Assembly: GCA_012839815.1 (NCBI GenBank)
Contig: DUMQ01000098.1
Span: 376-64,375 of the forward strand
DNA from: Bacillota bacterium
GTDB lineage: Bacteria > Bacillota > SHA-98 > Ch115 > JABLXJ01
Length of the DNA: 64,000 bases
Direction of reading: 5' to 3'
Shown: in pieces, positions 10,526-20,479 of the stretch
Layout: each line of letters starts with the position of its first letter
Numbering within the stretch: position 1 is the stretch's first letter
Notes under the pieces: model-generated
What the model saw: only the letters and a program-made list of their open reading frames with translations
Told to the model about the DNA's origin: nothing
The model's database searches: none
Made by a program: the position numbers and the translations under genes

Positions 10526-10981
10526 ATGATTGACGCAGTTGGGGTCCAGAAGGTGTTGCCGCATCGTTTCCCGTTTTTGCTGATCGATAGGGTGCTTGAG
10601 GTCGAGCCTGGTAAACGGGCCGTGGCGATCAAGAATGTTACAGTAAATGAGCCCTTTTTTGAGGGTCATTTCCCCAATAAGCCGATTATGCCCGGCGTGT
10701 TGATTATCGAGGCGATGGCTCAGGTCTGCGGGGTCGCGGCCATGTTAAACGGCGAGGAGAAAAGCTGGACGCCCTATTTCGTAGGCATCGACAAGGCGCG
10801 TTTTCGCAGGCCGGTGACCCCGGGGGATCAGCTCAGGATAGAGGTGGAGATCACAAAGGTGAGAGGCAATGTGGGGAGGGCAACGTGCAGCGCCTTCGTC
10901 GACGGACGGCTTGTGGCGGATGGCGAACTGACGTTTGCCCTGGTAGAAGATGAGACGAATGAGCGGAATATTGAGGAATGA
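10526..10981 (+). CDS. fabZ: 3-hydroxyacyl-ACP dehydratase
   Basis: LPHRFPFLLID, FFEGHFP, MPGVLIIEAMAQ; RBS GGAGG before ATG 10526. Confidence 0.96.
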   Translation: MIDAVGVQKVLPHRFPFLLIDRVLEVEPGKRAVAIKNVTVNEPFFEGHFPNKPIMPGVLIIEAMAQVCGVAAMLNGEEKSWTPYFVGIDKARFRRPVTPGDQLRIEVEITKVRGNVGRATCSAFVDGRLVADGELTFALVEDETNERNIEE

Positions 10982-11032
10982 GAATTGAGGAATGAGAATA
11001 ATTGAGGAATGAGGAGCGGGGGCTGTTATATA

Positions 11033-11896
11033 ATGAAATCTTTTGAGACGGCTACATTCAGGCCCCGGAAGATTCACTCAACTGCAGTGATTCACCCGAC
11101 TGCAAAGCTCGGCCGCGATGTCGAGGTAGGGCCATATTGTGTCATAGGCGCGGAAGTGGTGATCGGTGACGGGACCAGGCTGGCAAGCCATGTTGTCATA
11201 GACGGGCCGGCAATTATCGGGAGGAATTGTCGAATAGCGTCGTTTGCTTGTCTTGGCGGGGACCCTCAGGATGTGAAGTACGCTGGTGAGAAAACCACGT
11301 TGGTGATAGGCGATAATAATCTAATCCGCGAGTATGCCACGATACACCGGGGGACTCCCGGGGGGCGCGGCGAGACGCGGGTCGGTAACAACAACATGAT
11401 AATGTCGTACGCCCACATCGCCCACGATTGCGTGGTCGGAGACAACGTGATCATAACGGGTGGCGCCGCCATCGCGGGCCACGTAACGGTCGAGGACTAC
11501 GCGGTAATAGGCGGTATGGCGGGGGTGCACCAGTTTGTGAGGGTGGGCCGGATGGCCATGGTGGGAGGTATGGCCAAGGTCGTAAAGGATATTCCCCCCT
11601 ATTTCCTGGTCGATGGGAATCCGGCGAGGGCAATCGGGGTGAATATCGTCGGGATGCGGCGCAACGGCGTGGCCCCCGAGGTGAGGGCTGAGATACGGAA
11701 GGCATTCAAGATTCTATATGAATCAAGGCTTAATGCATCGCAAGCCATCGCCCGCATGGAGCAGGAGCTGGTCGAGTGTGAGGAGATCAAACACCTGATC
11801 GACTTTCTAAAGATGTCGTCAAGAGGGATTTGCAGCAGCCGGCCGTGGGAAGGGGGACCGGCGGGCGACGCACGCGAAACGGGTGATCTAGTATAA
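11033..11896 (+). CDS. lpxA: UDP-GlcNAc O-acyltransferase
   Basis: Hexapeptide repeats, PQDVKY, IHRGT, HIAHDC, VHQF. Confidence 0.96.
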   Translation: MKSFETATFRPRKIHSTAVIHPTAKLGRDVEVGPYCVIGAEVVIGDGTRLASHVVIDGPAIIGRNCRIASFACLGGDPQDVKYAGEKTTLVIGDNNLIREYATIHRGTPGGRGETRVGNNNMIMSYAHIAHDCVVGDNVIITGGAAIAGHVTVEDYAVIGGMAGVHQFVRVGRMAMVGGMAKVVKDIPPYFLVDGNPARAIGVNIVGMRRNGVAPEVRAEIRKAFKILYESRLNASQAIARMEQELVECEEIKHLIDFLKMSSRGICSSRPWEGGPAGDARETGDLV

Positions 11897-12696
11897 TGTC
11901 CGGACTTGGACTCATAGCGGGAGAAGGCGAGCTCCCTCTTCTCGTCGCCAGGAGCGCTGCGGATGCGGGGTTGAGGATTATTGCGGTGGCATTGAGCCCG
12001 TCCGTCACTCCCGGCCTCAGCGCGTTTGCCGATAGAGTATACCGGATCGGGCCGGACAGGCCGGAGGATATCGTCGGTGTCTTGAGCTCTGAGGGCGTCG
12101 ACCAGGCTGTAATGGCCGGCAAGGTGTGGAAGGAGCGCATGTTTGAGGATGGCGCTATCCGGGCCGGGGTAGACCTTTGTATGGGCGATAACCCCGCACG
12201 GAATGACGATGCGATTTTACGCGCTTTTGTCGAGAGGCTTGAGGGCGCCGGGATAAATGTAAGGGAGCAGACGGAGTTTCTCGGCCAGGCCATTGCCAGG
12301 ACGGGGCTTCTCGCGTCGCGCGAGCCGGACGCGCGCGAATGGGGGGACATCCTTTTTGGCTTCCAAGTGGCAAAATACATCGCTGGCGCCGATATAGGAC
12401 AGACCGTGGTGGTGAAGAACAGGGTCGTGCTGGCAGTGGAGGCGCTGGAGGGCACTGATGCTGCGATCCTGAGGGGCGGGCGCCTGGGCAGGGAGGGCGC
12501 CGTTGTAGTCAAGGTGAGTAAACCCGCCCAGGATATGCGTTTTGACGTGCCGACGATAGGGAAGGAAACGCTCAGGACCATGCACAGCGTGGGGGCTACG
12601 GTACTTGGAGTGGAGGCAGGGAAGACTTTCATCGTCGACATCGATGGCGTCTCCCGGCTGGCGGATCAAATGGGAATCTCCATTGTAGGGTTATAA
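11896..12696 (+). CDS. lpxI: UDP-2,3-diacylglucosamine pyrophosphatase LpxI
   Basis: GLIAGEGELP, DIGQTVVV, AVEALEGTD, KPAQDMRFDVPTIG. Confidence 0.93.
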   Translation: MSGLGLIAGEGELPLLVARSAADAGLRIIAVALSPSVTPGLSAFADRVYRIGPDRPEDIVGVLSSEGVDQAVMAGKVWKERMFEDGAIRAGVDLCMGDNPARNDDAILRAFVERLEGAGINVREQTEFLGQAIARTGLLASREPDAREWGDILFGFQVAKYIAGADIGQTVVVKNRVVLAVEALEGTDAAILRGGRLGREGAVVVKVSKPAQDMRFDVPTIGKETLRTMHSVGATVLGVEAGKTFIVDIDGVSRLADQMGISIVGL

Positions 12697-12751
12697 ATGT
12701 ATACCATGGCAGGTGGCAACGTGAAAGCTTGTGAAGCTTGAAGGTGGACCA

Positions 12752-13900
12752 ATGAGGATCTTGATAATGGCGGGAGAAGCGTCCGGGGATGCCTATGGTG
12801 CGGCCCTGGCCCGCAAATTGAGGGAGATCGAGCCGGCTCTGGAGTTGGACTTGGCAGGGCTCGGCGGAGCATCCATGGAGAAGGCGGGCGTGAGATTGCT
12901 TTACAACATAGCCGACATGAGCTCCGTCGGGTTCGCCGAGGCCTTGAAAAATGTGGGGATCATGCGCAGGGTGTTGCTGAGGGTGACCAACATCCTCGAC
13001 GATGAGCGGCCGAATTGCATTGTGCTCATAGATTTCCCGGGTTTCAATATGCGGGTCGCTGAGATAGCCAGTCGTATGGATATCCCCGTCGTCTATTTTT
13101 TTGCGCCGACTGCTTGGGCGTGGGGTAAGGGGCGCGCAAAGAAGATCGCCGAAACCGTGACAAAGGTGGCATCCGTTTTCCCGTTCGAGGAGAAGGTTTA
13201 TAAAGAGGCGGGGGCGGATGTGGTCTTCGTGGGACACCCGCTGATAGATATGGTCGATCGCAGCCTGAGCAGGGACCAGGCCCGGTCTGAGCTTGGTATC
13301 CCTCCGGAGCAGGCATTTGTTGGGTTGCTGCCGGGAAGCCGCAAGCAGGAGATTACGGCCCTCCTCCCGGTGATGGTGGGGGCGGCCGGAAGGCTCGCCA
13401 GGGAGGTAAGATCGTTGACATTTGGTCTCGCCCTGGCCCCGACGATCCCGCGTGAGGAGGTCGAGGACCTACTGGGCAGGATACCAGGTTCGAGAACCGT
13501 TCCATTGAGGATACTCGAGGGTGCTACCTATAAGTGCATGGCGGCCGCGGACGCCCTGATTGTGGCGTCGGGGACTGCTACGCTTGAGGCGGCTATGTTT
13601 GGAACCCCGATGGTTATTGTTTATAAGACGTCTACTTCAACCTGGGCGCTGGGACGGCTTCTTGTCAAGATTCCCCATATCGGCCTCCCGAATATCCTCG
13701 CGGGTGAGGAGATTGTGCCTGAGCTGCTTCAGAATGAGGCGACGGTTGACAGGATAAGCACAGAAGTCCTAAAATTCTTAGAGGAGCCCGGATACCGGGA
13801 GGATACGAGGAAAGCGTTACTCGACGTGGCGAGTAAGCTCGGCGCCCCCGGGGCGATCGAGCGGACTGCCAGGTTGATCTTGGATACGGCACGCCTTTAG
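12752..13900 (+). CDS. lpxB: Lipid-A-disaccharide synthase
   Basis: AGEASGD, IDFPGFN, FVGHPL, LLPGSRKQE, SGTATLE, LPNILA. Confidence 0.95.
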   Translation: MRILIMAGEASGDAYGAALARKLREIEPALELDLAGLGGASMEKAGVRLLYNIADMSSVGFAEALKNVGIMRRVLLRVTNILDDERPNCIVLIDFPGFNMRVAEIASRMDIPVVYFFAPTAWAWGKGRAKKIAETVTKVASVFPFEEKVYKEAGADVVFVGHPLIDMVDRSLSRDQARSELGIPPEQAFVGLLPGSRKQEITALLPVMVGAAGRLAREVRSLTFGLALAPTIPREEVEDLLGRIPGSRTVPLRILEGATYKCMAAADALIVASGTATLEAAMFGTPMVIVYKTSTSTWALGRLLVKIPHIGLPNILAGEEIVPELLQNEATVDRISTEVLKFLEEPGYREDTRKALLDVASKLGAPGAIERTARLILDTARL

Positions 13901-14019
13901 ACTTGCCTCGGGTGGCGCACCTCTTCTCGCCCGGTCGAAGGGGTGTATCTGGAAGACCCTGCGACGTGAAATGGGCGGGCGGGGCATGCGAAGAGACGCA
14001 GAGGGGGGAGGGAGGCCCG

Positions 14020-15327
14020 GTGGACGTCGTCATCTTGACTAATAGCCCCGGTGAGGTGACAGGCTGGGTCAGGCCTGTTGTCGAGAGGCTTGTAGAGCGG
14101 GATGCGAATTCGAGGGTTTTTGTTTTTCTTTCCCCGTGCGTTTTTGCGAGCAGGCGGGAAGCTCAGGTGTTGCGGGAGATCCCCGGCATTAGCGGGGTAT
14201 TTTCACCACGTGAATATATAGGTTACGCGCTTTTCGGGAGGCGGCCCGCGGGCTTTGCCCCTGCAGGCCCGGGCGTGGTGGTGCATCTCGGCGGGGACTT
14301 TATGCATTCCGCCCGAGTTGCCAAGAGGCTCGGATTCCCGGCGGTGGCTTACAGCGACAGGACCGCCAGCTTTCACGGGAGTTTTAAGGTTATCGCCGTG
14401 GAGGATAATCGGGTGAGGGACAAGCTCATTGCCAAAGGCATCCCCCCGGGCAAACTGAGGGTTATAGGTAACCTTATGGTTGACAGCGTCAAACCCTCGT
14501 TCCCCCGCGACCTGGCGCGCCAGGCGTTTGGTATCCGGGAGGATGCATTTTGTGTGTTGATTATGCCCGGCTCAAGGCCACAGCAGGTAAAGCACATGGC
14601 CCCGTTCTTCCTGGAAGTAGCCGGGTTGATCAAAAAGGTCGAGCGAAGGGCCGAGTTCCTGCTGGCGCTCTCTCCGTTTGTTTCCCGGGAAATGTTTGAG
14701 GCCGCCGTGGGAGAGGCCGCCGTCGAATTCGGCGGCAGGTCCGGAGAAGAGGATGCAGCCCAAGATGCGGCCCGGGAGCATACAGGGGATGCTGAGATGG
14801 CCGGGAAGACCAGGGTGCATATTGTTGAGCCTGATAAGCGTTACGATGCTATGGCCGCCTCGGACCTGGCGATAGTCATGCCGGGGACTTCCACGGCGGA
14901 GCTTGGATTTCTGGGGATTCCCATGGTGGTGGCGGTGCCCCTGAACTGGCCGGGTGAGGTGCCTCTCCCGGGTATCTTGGGGTTGGCCGGCGGGGTCCCG
15001 GTCCTCGGAGGGCTTTTAAAGCGCTATGCCATCAGGGGTTTAATCAACAAGGTTGAATTTACCGCTCTGCCAAATAAAAGGGCCAGGAAGATGATAGTTC
15101 CTGAGGTACGCGGGGTTTTAGACCCTGAGGACGTGGCGATCCAGGCGCTTGAGCTTTTGCAGGACGCAAGCAGGCGTATGACGATTTCGAAGAATCTTAT
15201 TGAGGCCATGGGCGCAGCAGGGGCGGCGAACAGGCTGGTTGACATTATCTTTGAAGCTGCCGGCGGAGGAGGGGACAGGTGTTGGCAGGTAGATTCAGAT
15301 CCACAGGGAGGCCCGGAGCGGGCCTGA
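14020..15327 (+). CDS. LpxB-fold glycosyltransferase paralog (NSPGE type)
   Basis: ILTNSPGEVTGWVRP, GNLMVD, MPGSR, PGTSTAEL, ALPN, IVPE; GGAGG before GTG 14020. Confidence 0.75.
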   Translation: MDVVILTNSPGEVTGWVRPVVERLVERDANSRVFVFLSPCVFASRREAQVLREIPGISGVFSPREYIGYALFGRRPAGFAPAGPGVVVHLGGDFMHSARVAKRLGFPAVAYSDRTASFHGSFKVIAVEDNRVRDKLIAKGIPPGKLRVIGNLMVDSVKPSFPRDLARQAFGIREDAFCVLIMPGSRPQQVKHMAPFFLEVAGLIKKVERRAEFLLALSPFVSREMFEAAVGEAAVEFGGRSGEEDAAQDAAREHTGDAEMAGKTRVHIVEPDKRYDAMAASDLAIVMPGTSTAELGFLGIPMVVAVPLNWPGEVPLPGILGLAGGVPVLGGLLKRYAIRGLINKVEFTALPNKRARKMIVPEVRGVLDPEDVAIQALELLQDASRRMTISKNLIEAMGAAGAANRLVDIIFEAAGGGGDRCWQVDSDPQGGPERA

Positions 15328-17075
15328 GGATGCTTAATTTAATAAGACCCTACCTGCACTACCTCGGAGCCGGGATCGTTTGCACGATCTTCGTCGGCCT
15401 GGCTAATCTGGCTGTCTATTGGATCATAAAGGATGTGATCGACCAGGTATTGACGAGGACGGATTCTGCCGGGGTATCGCACCAGCTCAACCTCATCATC
15501 CTTGGGATACTGGTGCTTTTCTCTCTCAAAGGCCTGTTTTACTACGGCCAGGTCTACCTGATGGCTTTTGTGGGACAACGGGCCGTGGTAGACTTGCGGA
15601 ATAAACTATATACCCACTTGCAACGCCTCTCCATCAGTTTTCACGAGGCAAGGCGCACGGGTGATATGATTTCCAGGATCACCAATGACGTTGCTACGAT
15701 CCAGACGAGCCTGTCAACGGGCATAGCCGACCTGTTGCTCCAGGTTGTAACCCTCGCCGGGATCGTGGGCTTTATGTTTTACCTGGACTGGAAGCTTTCG
15801 CTCGTGACGATTATAACGATACCGGCGGTTGCCGCCGTTGTGTCGAGGGCGGGACACAGGCTGCGCACGATAACCGCGCTTATTCAGGGCAAGATCGCGG
15901 ATATCACGTCGGTGCTGGAGGAGACGTTATCAGGCATCCGGATCGTAAAGGCCTTTACCATGGAGCGCCAGGAAATCAAGAGGTTTGCAAGGGAGAATGA
16001 GGACAGTTTTGCCGTTACCATGAGGGGCGCAAAGGTGAATGCTATCATCGCCCCGCTTGTGGAGCTCCTAGCGGTTCTCGGGACGGCAGCAGTCCTCTGG
16101 TATGGCGGCCACCAGGTCATTAGGGGGTCGCTGACGCTGGGGGAGTTTATGGCGTTTCTTGGGTGCGTTGGAAGCGCTCCAACTCCCATGGGACGGCTTT
16201 CAGCGACATATGCCTCATTCCAGCAGGCCCTCGGTGCCGCGGATAGGGTCTTCGCCCTCCTGGACGTGAAGATTGATGTTGTGGATGATCCCAATGCGGT
16301 TCCGCTCCCTCCTATAAAGGGGCATGTGGAGTTCAAGAATGTATCATTCGCATATGGTGACGGCGAGCTCGCGCTGGATGGTATAAACCTCAGCGCCAGG
16401 CCGGGCGAGGTCATAGCGTTTGTCGGGCCGAGCGGCGCGGGCAAGACGACGCTGGTGAATCTCCTCCTGCGCTTTTACGACCCCCTGTCAGGCTCGGTTG
16501 AGATCGATGGCTATGACCTGCGGAACGTGCAGGTTGAGTCCCTGAGGCGGCAGATAGGTCTGGTGCCCCAGGATGTGGTGCTTTTTGGGGTGACTGTCAG
16601 GGAGAATATTGCCTACGGCAAGGATGATGCGACCCTGGATGAGATCATCCAGGCTGCGAAAATGGCGAATGCCCATGATTTCATAATGAAGCTGCCGGCC
16701 GGCTACGAAACGAGGCTCGGCGAGCGTGGCGTTTCGCTGTCGGGCGGGCAGCGCCAGCGCATCGCGATAGCGCGAGCGATTCTGAGAAACCCGCGCATCT
16801 TGATTCTTGATGAGGCCACGTCATCGCTGGATGCGGAGTCCGAGGCTCTTATCCAGGAGGCCCTGGCGAGATTGGTAAAGGACAGGACAACGTTTATAAT
16901 AGCTCACAGGCTTTCGACCGTCAGGAATGCGGATAAGATCGTAGTGCTCGACCGGGGGAAGATTGTGGAGGTTGGGACCCACCTCGAGCTCCTGGCGAAG
17001 GGGGGCCTCTACAGCAGATTATCGCTCATGCAGTTTTCCCAGGGTGGGCCTGCGGTAAGAGAAGAAGCTATATGA
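15279..17075 (+). CDS. msbA: Lipid A flippase-type ABC exporter
   Basis: TM domain (TGDMISRITND) plus NBD GPSGAGKT, LSGGQRQR, LDEATS, IAHRLS; lpx context. Confidence 0.88.
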   Translation: MLAGRFRSTGRPGAGLRMLNLIRPYLHYLGAGIVCTIFVGLANLAVYWIIKDVIDQVLTRTDSAGVSHQLNLIILGILVLFSLKGLFYYGQVYLMAFVGQRAVVDLRNKLYTHLQRLSISFHEARRTGDMISRITNDVATIQTSLSTGIADLLLQVVTLAGIVGFMFYLDWKLSLVTIITIPAVAAVVSRAGHRLRTITALIQGKIADITSVLEETLSGIRIVKAFTMERQEIKRFARENEDSFAVTMRGAKVNAIIAPLVELLAVLGTAAVLWYGGHQVIRGSLTLGEFMAFLGCVGSAPTPMGRLSATYASFQQALGAADRVFALLDVKIDVVDDPNAVPLPPIKGHVEFKNVSFAYGDGELALDGINLSARPGEVIAFVGPSGAGKTTLVNLLLRFYDPLSGSVEIDGYDLRNVQVESLRRQIGLVPQDVVLFGVTVRENIAYGKDDATLDEIIQAAKMANAHDFIMKLPAGYETRLGERGVSLSGGQRQRIAIARAILRNPRILILDEATSSLDAESEALIQEALARLVKDRTTFIIAHRLSTVRNADKIVVLDRGKIVEVGTHLELLAKGGLYSRLSLMQFSQGGPAVREEAI

Positions 17076-17148
17076 AATTATGCCGCCGTTTCCCTGGAGG
17101 TTTTTGCGAGTTGCGCGCGAAGTAAACCCGGGAGAGGAGGTTGGTGCC

Positions 17149-18327
17149 GTGAGGGCTATGGTGATGGCCGCGGGTGTCGGCTCAAGGCTTGAGCCCTTGA
17201 CGTGTAATATTCCCAAGCCCATGGTGCCGGTGGTAAACAGGCCGGCAATGGCGCATATCATTGATCTTTTGAAGCGCCACGGGATATTCGAGGTGGTTGC
17301 CAACCTCTGGTATCTTCCACACGTTATAGAGAATTACTTTGGAGATGGGCGGGATTTTGGCATCCATCTGGAATATTCTAAGGAAGACACACTACTGGGC
17401 ACTGCCGGCGGGGTGCGACAGGCGAGGCACTACTTCGATGGCACCTTCGTGCTGATAGCCGGCGATGCGCTTACAGATATAGACCTGACGGCCCTGGTCG
17501 AATTCCACCGTTCGAAGCGCGCCCTCGCGACCATAGCTTTAAAACCCGTGGATGATCCTTCCCGTTTCGGCGTGGTTGTCACGGAAGGAGACGGCCGGAT
17601 CGTGCGGTTTCAGGAGAAGCCCCGGCCGGGGGAGGCGGCCAGCAACCTGGCGAATACAATGATCTATGTTTTTGAACCGGGGATTTTCGATTTTATCCCC
17701 GGCGAGGGAACCCCTGACTTCGGGCGCGATGTGTTCCCGCTGCTTGTCGCCGAGAGGGTGCCATTTTACGGCTACCCTATCTCCGATTACTGGTGTGATA
17801 TCGGGACGCTGGCTCAGTACCGCCGGGCCCACTATGATGTCCTGGCTGGCAGGGTGAGGATAGAGATGCCGGGCGGGCGCGGAGATGGTAGCCACGGAGG
17901 CGGAGATGTTAGGCACGGAGACGGCGAGAGCGAGAACTACGGAGGTGTGGCGGCCGGCCTGTGGATAGGGGAAGGGGCCAGGATCGCTTCTGATGCCAGG
18001 CTAATGAGCCCTGTCGTCGTAGGTAGGGGCAGCATGATCCGGCCGGGTGCGGTAATAGGCCCCAATACGGTGGTTGGCGACGGGTGCATTATAGATGAGG
18101 GGGCCGTGATATCGGGGAGCGTCATCTGGAGCAATACCCATGTAGGGCGCAATGCCTGTCTCACGGAGTGCGTTGTGGGGAGCGAGTGTTATCTGGGGTC
18201 CGGGGCGTCGGTCGGCGAGGGCGTCGTCCTGAGCGATGAGTGCGTAGTGGAGGACGCGAGCAGGATCAAGCCAAATGTCAGGATCTGGCCCCGGGGGACC
18301 GTGAGGAGCAAAGTTAGCGTGTGGTGA
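17149..18327 (+). CDS. NDP-sugar pyrophosphorylase (mannose-1-phosphate guanylyltransferase-like)
   Basis: AAGVGSRLEPLT, PKPMVP, LGTAGG, FQEKP, YWCDIG, C-terminal hexapeptide repeats. Confidence 0.88.
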   Translation: MRAMVMAAGVGSRLEPLTCNIPKPMVPVVNRPAMAHIIDLLKRHGIFEVVANLWYLPHVIENYFGDGRDFGIHLEYSKEDTLLGTAGGVRQARHYFDGTFVLIAGDALTDIDLTALVEFHRSKRALATIALKPVDDPSRFGVVVTEGDGRIVRFQEKPRPGEAASNLANTMIYVFEPGIFDFIPGEGTPDFGRDVFPLLVAERVPFYGYPISDYWCDIGTLAQYRRAHYDVLAGRVRIEMPGGRGDGSHGGGDVRHGDGESENYGGVAAGLWIGEGARIASDARLMSPVVVGRGSMIRPGAVIGPNTVVGDGCIIDEGAVISGSVIWSNTHVGRNACLTECVVGSECYLGSGASVGEGVVLSDECVVEDASRIKPNVRIWPRGTVRSKVSVW

Positions 18328-19103
18328 GGGTCGACCACCCCACGCCTGAAGCCGGGGCGCCCATGGGGCACCCGGCACCGCATAATCTTGGTGGTGGGGG
18401 TAGTATAGTGAGTGGTGGCGCGCGGTCGCGGCTGGTTGTGCTGCTTAGCTTTATAATTATCGCAAGCGGGGTCTTTGCGGGCCTTCTGGCCAGATATTAC
18501 CTTGCGAGCCGGGCGCCGGCGCCGTCCCGGGCACTCTCCGAGGAGACCGGGGTTAATGGGGCGGGAGATTCACCTGGGGGAGAAGCGCCTCACGAGGGAA
18601 CCGGGGAGGCGAGGGAGCCGAGTGTGATACCAAACCCCAACTTTACGCTGGAGGGGAGCACGATGTTGATCACGGGCCCCGGCGGCGACAGGGAGTGGGA
18701 ACTCGAGGTCGGCGAGGTCCGTATTTCAGAGACGGATAACAAGGCCGAGCTTACCGGCGTTGAGGCGACAAGATTTCAGGGCGGGAAGATCGTTTTCAGG
18801 GTTAAGGCGGGGCGCGCGATCGTGGACTGGAAGACCAGAGACCTGGTTTTCCGGGGCGGGGTCGAGGTCTACGGTGGCGGCGGGGACCGCGCCGGAGCCG
18901 GCCCGGCACCGGTGCCGGTGCCGGCATTGGGGTTCAGGGCGGCGGAGGCCGAGTGGCACGCCGATTCGGAGAAACTGGCGGCCACAGGGGATGTTGAGTA
19001 CTGGAACGGGGCTACCACGATATCAGGCAGGAGCCTCAGTGCGGATGCACGACTGCAGAGGGTACTGGTGGAGGGGCCTGCAAGGCTGGTTGTCAGAAGG
19101 TGA
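18321..19103 (+). CDS. lptC: LptC-like protein (copy 2)
   Basis: N-terminal TM, REWELEV, FRGGVEV, AEW, ATGDV jellyroll motifs. Confidence 0.6.
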   Translation: MVRVDHPTPEAGAPMGHPAPHNLGGGGSIVSGGARSRLVVLLSFIIIASGVFAGLLARYYLASRAPAPSRALSEETGVNGAGDSPGGEAPHEGTGEAREPSVIPNPNFTLEGSTMLITGPGGDREWELEVGEVRISETDNKAELTGVEATRFQGGKIVFRVKAGRAIVDWKTRDLVFRGGVEVYGGGGDRAGAGPAPVPVPALGFRAAEAEWHADSEKLAATGDVEYWNGATTISGRSLSADARLQRVLVEGPARLVVRR

Positions 19104-20476
19104 TGGGGCAAGGTGATGGGGTTTTGATTCTCTTCATCAGCAACGGCCACGGCGAGGATTTGATCGGGGCGATAGTTGCCCATGAGCTACTGGAGCTGAT
19201 GAGACAGGCGGATAGTAAGGCGGCCAGTGATGCGGCCGGCGTCTGCGCCCTTCCCCTTGTTGGCCTGGGGCGCCCTTACCGGGATGCAGGCATCCGGGTC
19301 CTGGGCGAGACCCGCGTCCTGCCGAGCGGTGGATTTGCAAAGCATGGGGTGAGCCTTTTCCTGCGCGACCTGGCGGCGGGCCTTCCTGGCCTGACTCTGG
19401 CCCAGATACGCACGATGCAGGGGGTCAGGAACCAAGTCAGGCTGGCGGTGTGCGTCGGGGATATCTACCCCGTTCTCATGGCAAGGTTGTTTCTGGGCAG
19501 CCCGATCCTGTTTCTTTCTACGGCGAAATCCGAGTATATTAGGGGCCATCTCGGCATCGAGAAACTGGTAATGCGGCGCACGTGTGAGCTTGTGCTTGCC
19601 CGCGATGAGGCCACGGCCATGGCTCTCAGGCGTTCAGGGGTTAGGGCCAGGTTTGTCGGGAATGTGATGATGGACAGCTTCAGCATAACGGGCGAGAATT
19701 TCGGTCTCTCTCTTGAGCGAAAGGTCGTCGGCATTATGCCAGGGTCCCGGGAAGAGGCATACGATAATATGGCCGCTATACTCAATGCCGTCGTAAGGCT
19801 GGATTACCTGAGCGGCGGGGCGCTTGATTTCCTTGCTGCTCTCGCGCCGAGCCTGGACGTGGAGAGACTTGGGAGAAGGGTAGATGCGTGCGGGTGGGAG
19901 TTTGTGAGCGCTCCGGTGCCCGCGGAGTCGGGTGTGGTAGGAGAGCTCCGCTGCCGCAGGCCGGGCAGATCTGGATCTGTATCCGGGTCTGTATGTGGAT
20001 CCGGATTTGGATCTGGACATGGACCGGGTAGAGATGGAGATGAAGCTGGAGCCGGAGCTGGAGCTGGAGATAGAGATAGAGGTGGAGATAGGGCAGCCCG
20101 CGAGATCCGGGTGGTGGTGACACAGGGCAGGTTTGGAGATGTCCTAAACATCGCAAGTATTTTTATCGGCCTCGCAGGCACGGCGAATGAACAGGCGTGC
20201 GGGATGGGCAAGCCCGTCGTGGCCTTTGTGGGGCGCGGTCCCCAGTTTAACCGGAGGTTTGCGCTTGCGCAGAAGAGGCTCCTCGGCGATGCCCTTTCGA
20301 TCGTTGAATCCGATCCTGATATCGTTGCCAGGGAGGTCCTGGCCATACTGAACGATACGTCGCGATATAATGCGGCAAGGAAAACGGGTGCCGAAAGGAT
20401 GGGCGGGCCCGGTGGTGCCAGGCGGGTGGCCGGGCTTATCCGGAATTATCTAGAAAATGGGACATGGGGGGAATAA
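19100..20476 (+). CDS. Lipid-A-disaccharide synthase-related glycosyltransferase (SNGHGED type)
   Basis: FISNGHGED, LPLVG, LPSGGF, VGNVMMD, PGSR, AGTANEQ, GPQF. Confidence 0.8.
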   Translation: MMGQGDGVLILFISNGHGEDLIGAIVAHELLELMRQADSKAASDAAGVCALPLVGLGRPYRDAGIRVLGETRVLPSGGFAKHGVSLFLRDLAAGLPGLTLAQIRTMQGVRNQVRLAVCVGDIYPVLMARLFLGSPILFLSTAKSEYIRGHLGIEKLVMRRTCELVLARDEATAMALRRSGVRARFVGNVMMDSFSITGENFGLSLERKVVGIMPGSREEAYDNMAAILNAVVRLDYLSGGALDFLAALAPSLDVERLGRRVDACGWEFVSAPVPAESGVVGELRCRRPGRSGSVSGSVCGSGFGSGHGPGRDGDEAGAGAGAGDRDRGGDRAAREIRVVVTQGRFGDVLNIASIFIGLAGTANEQACGMGKPVVAFVGRGPQFNRRFALAQKRLLGDALSIVESDPDIVAREVLAILNDTSRYNAARKTGAERMGGPGGARRVAGLIRNYLENGTWGE

Positions 20477-20479
20477 CCT

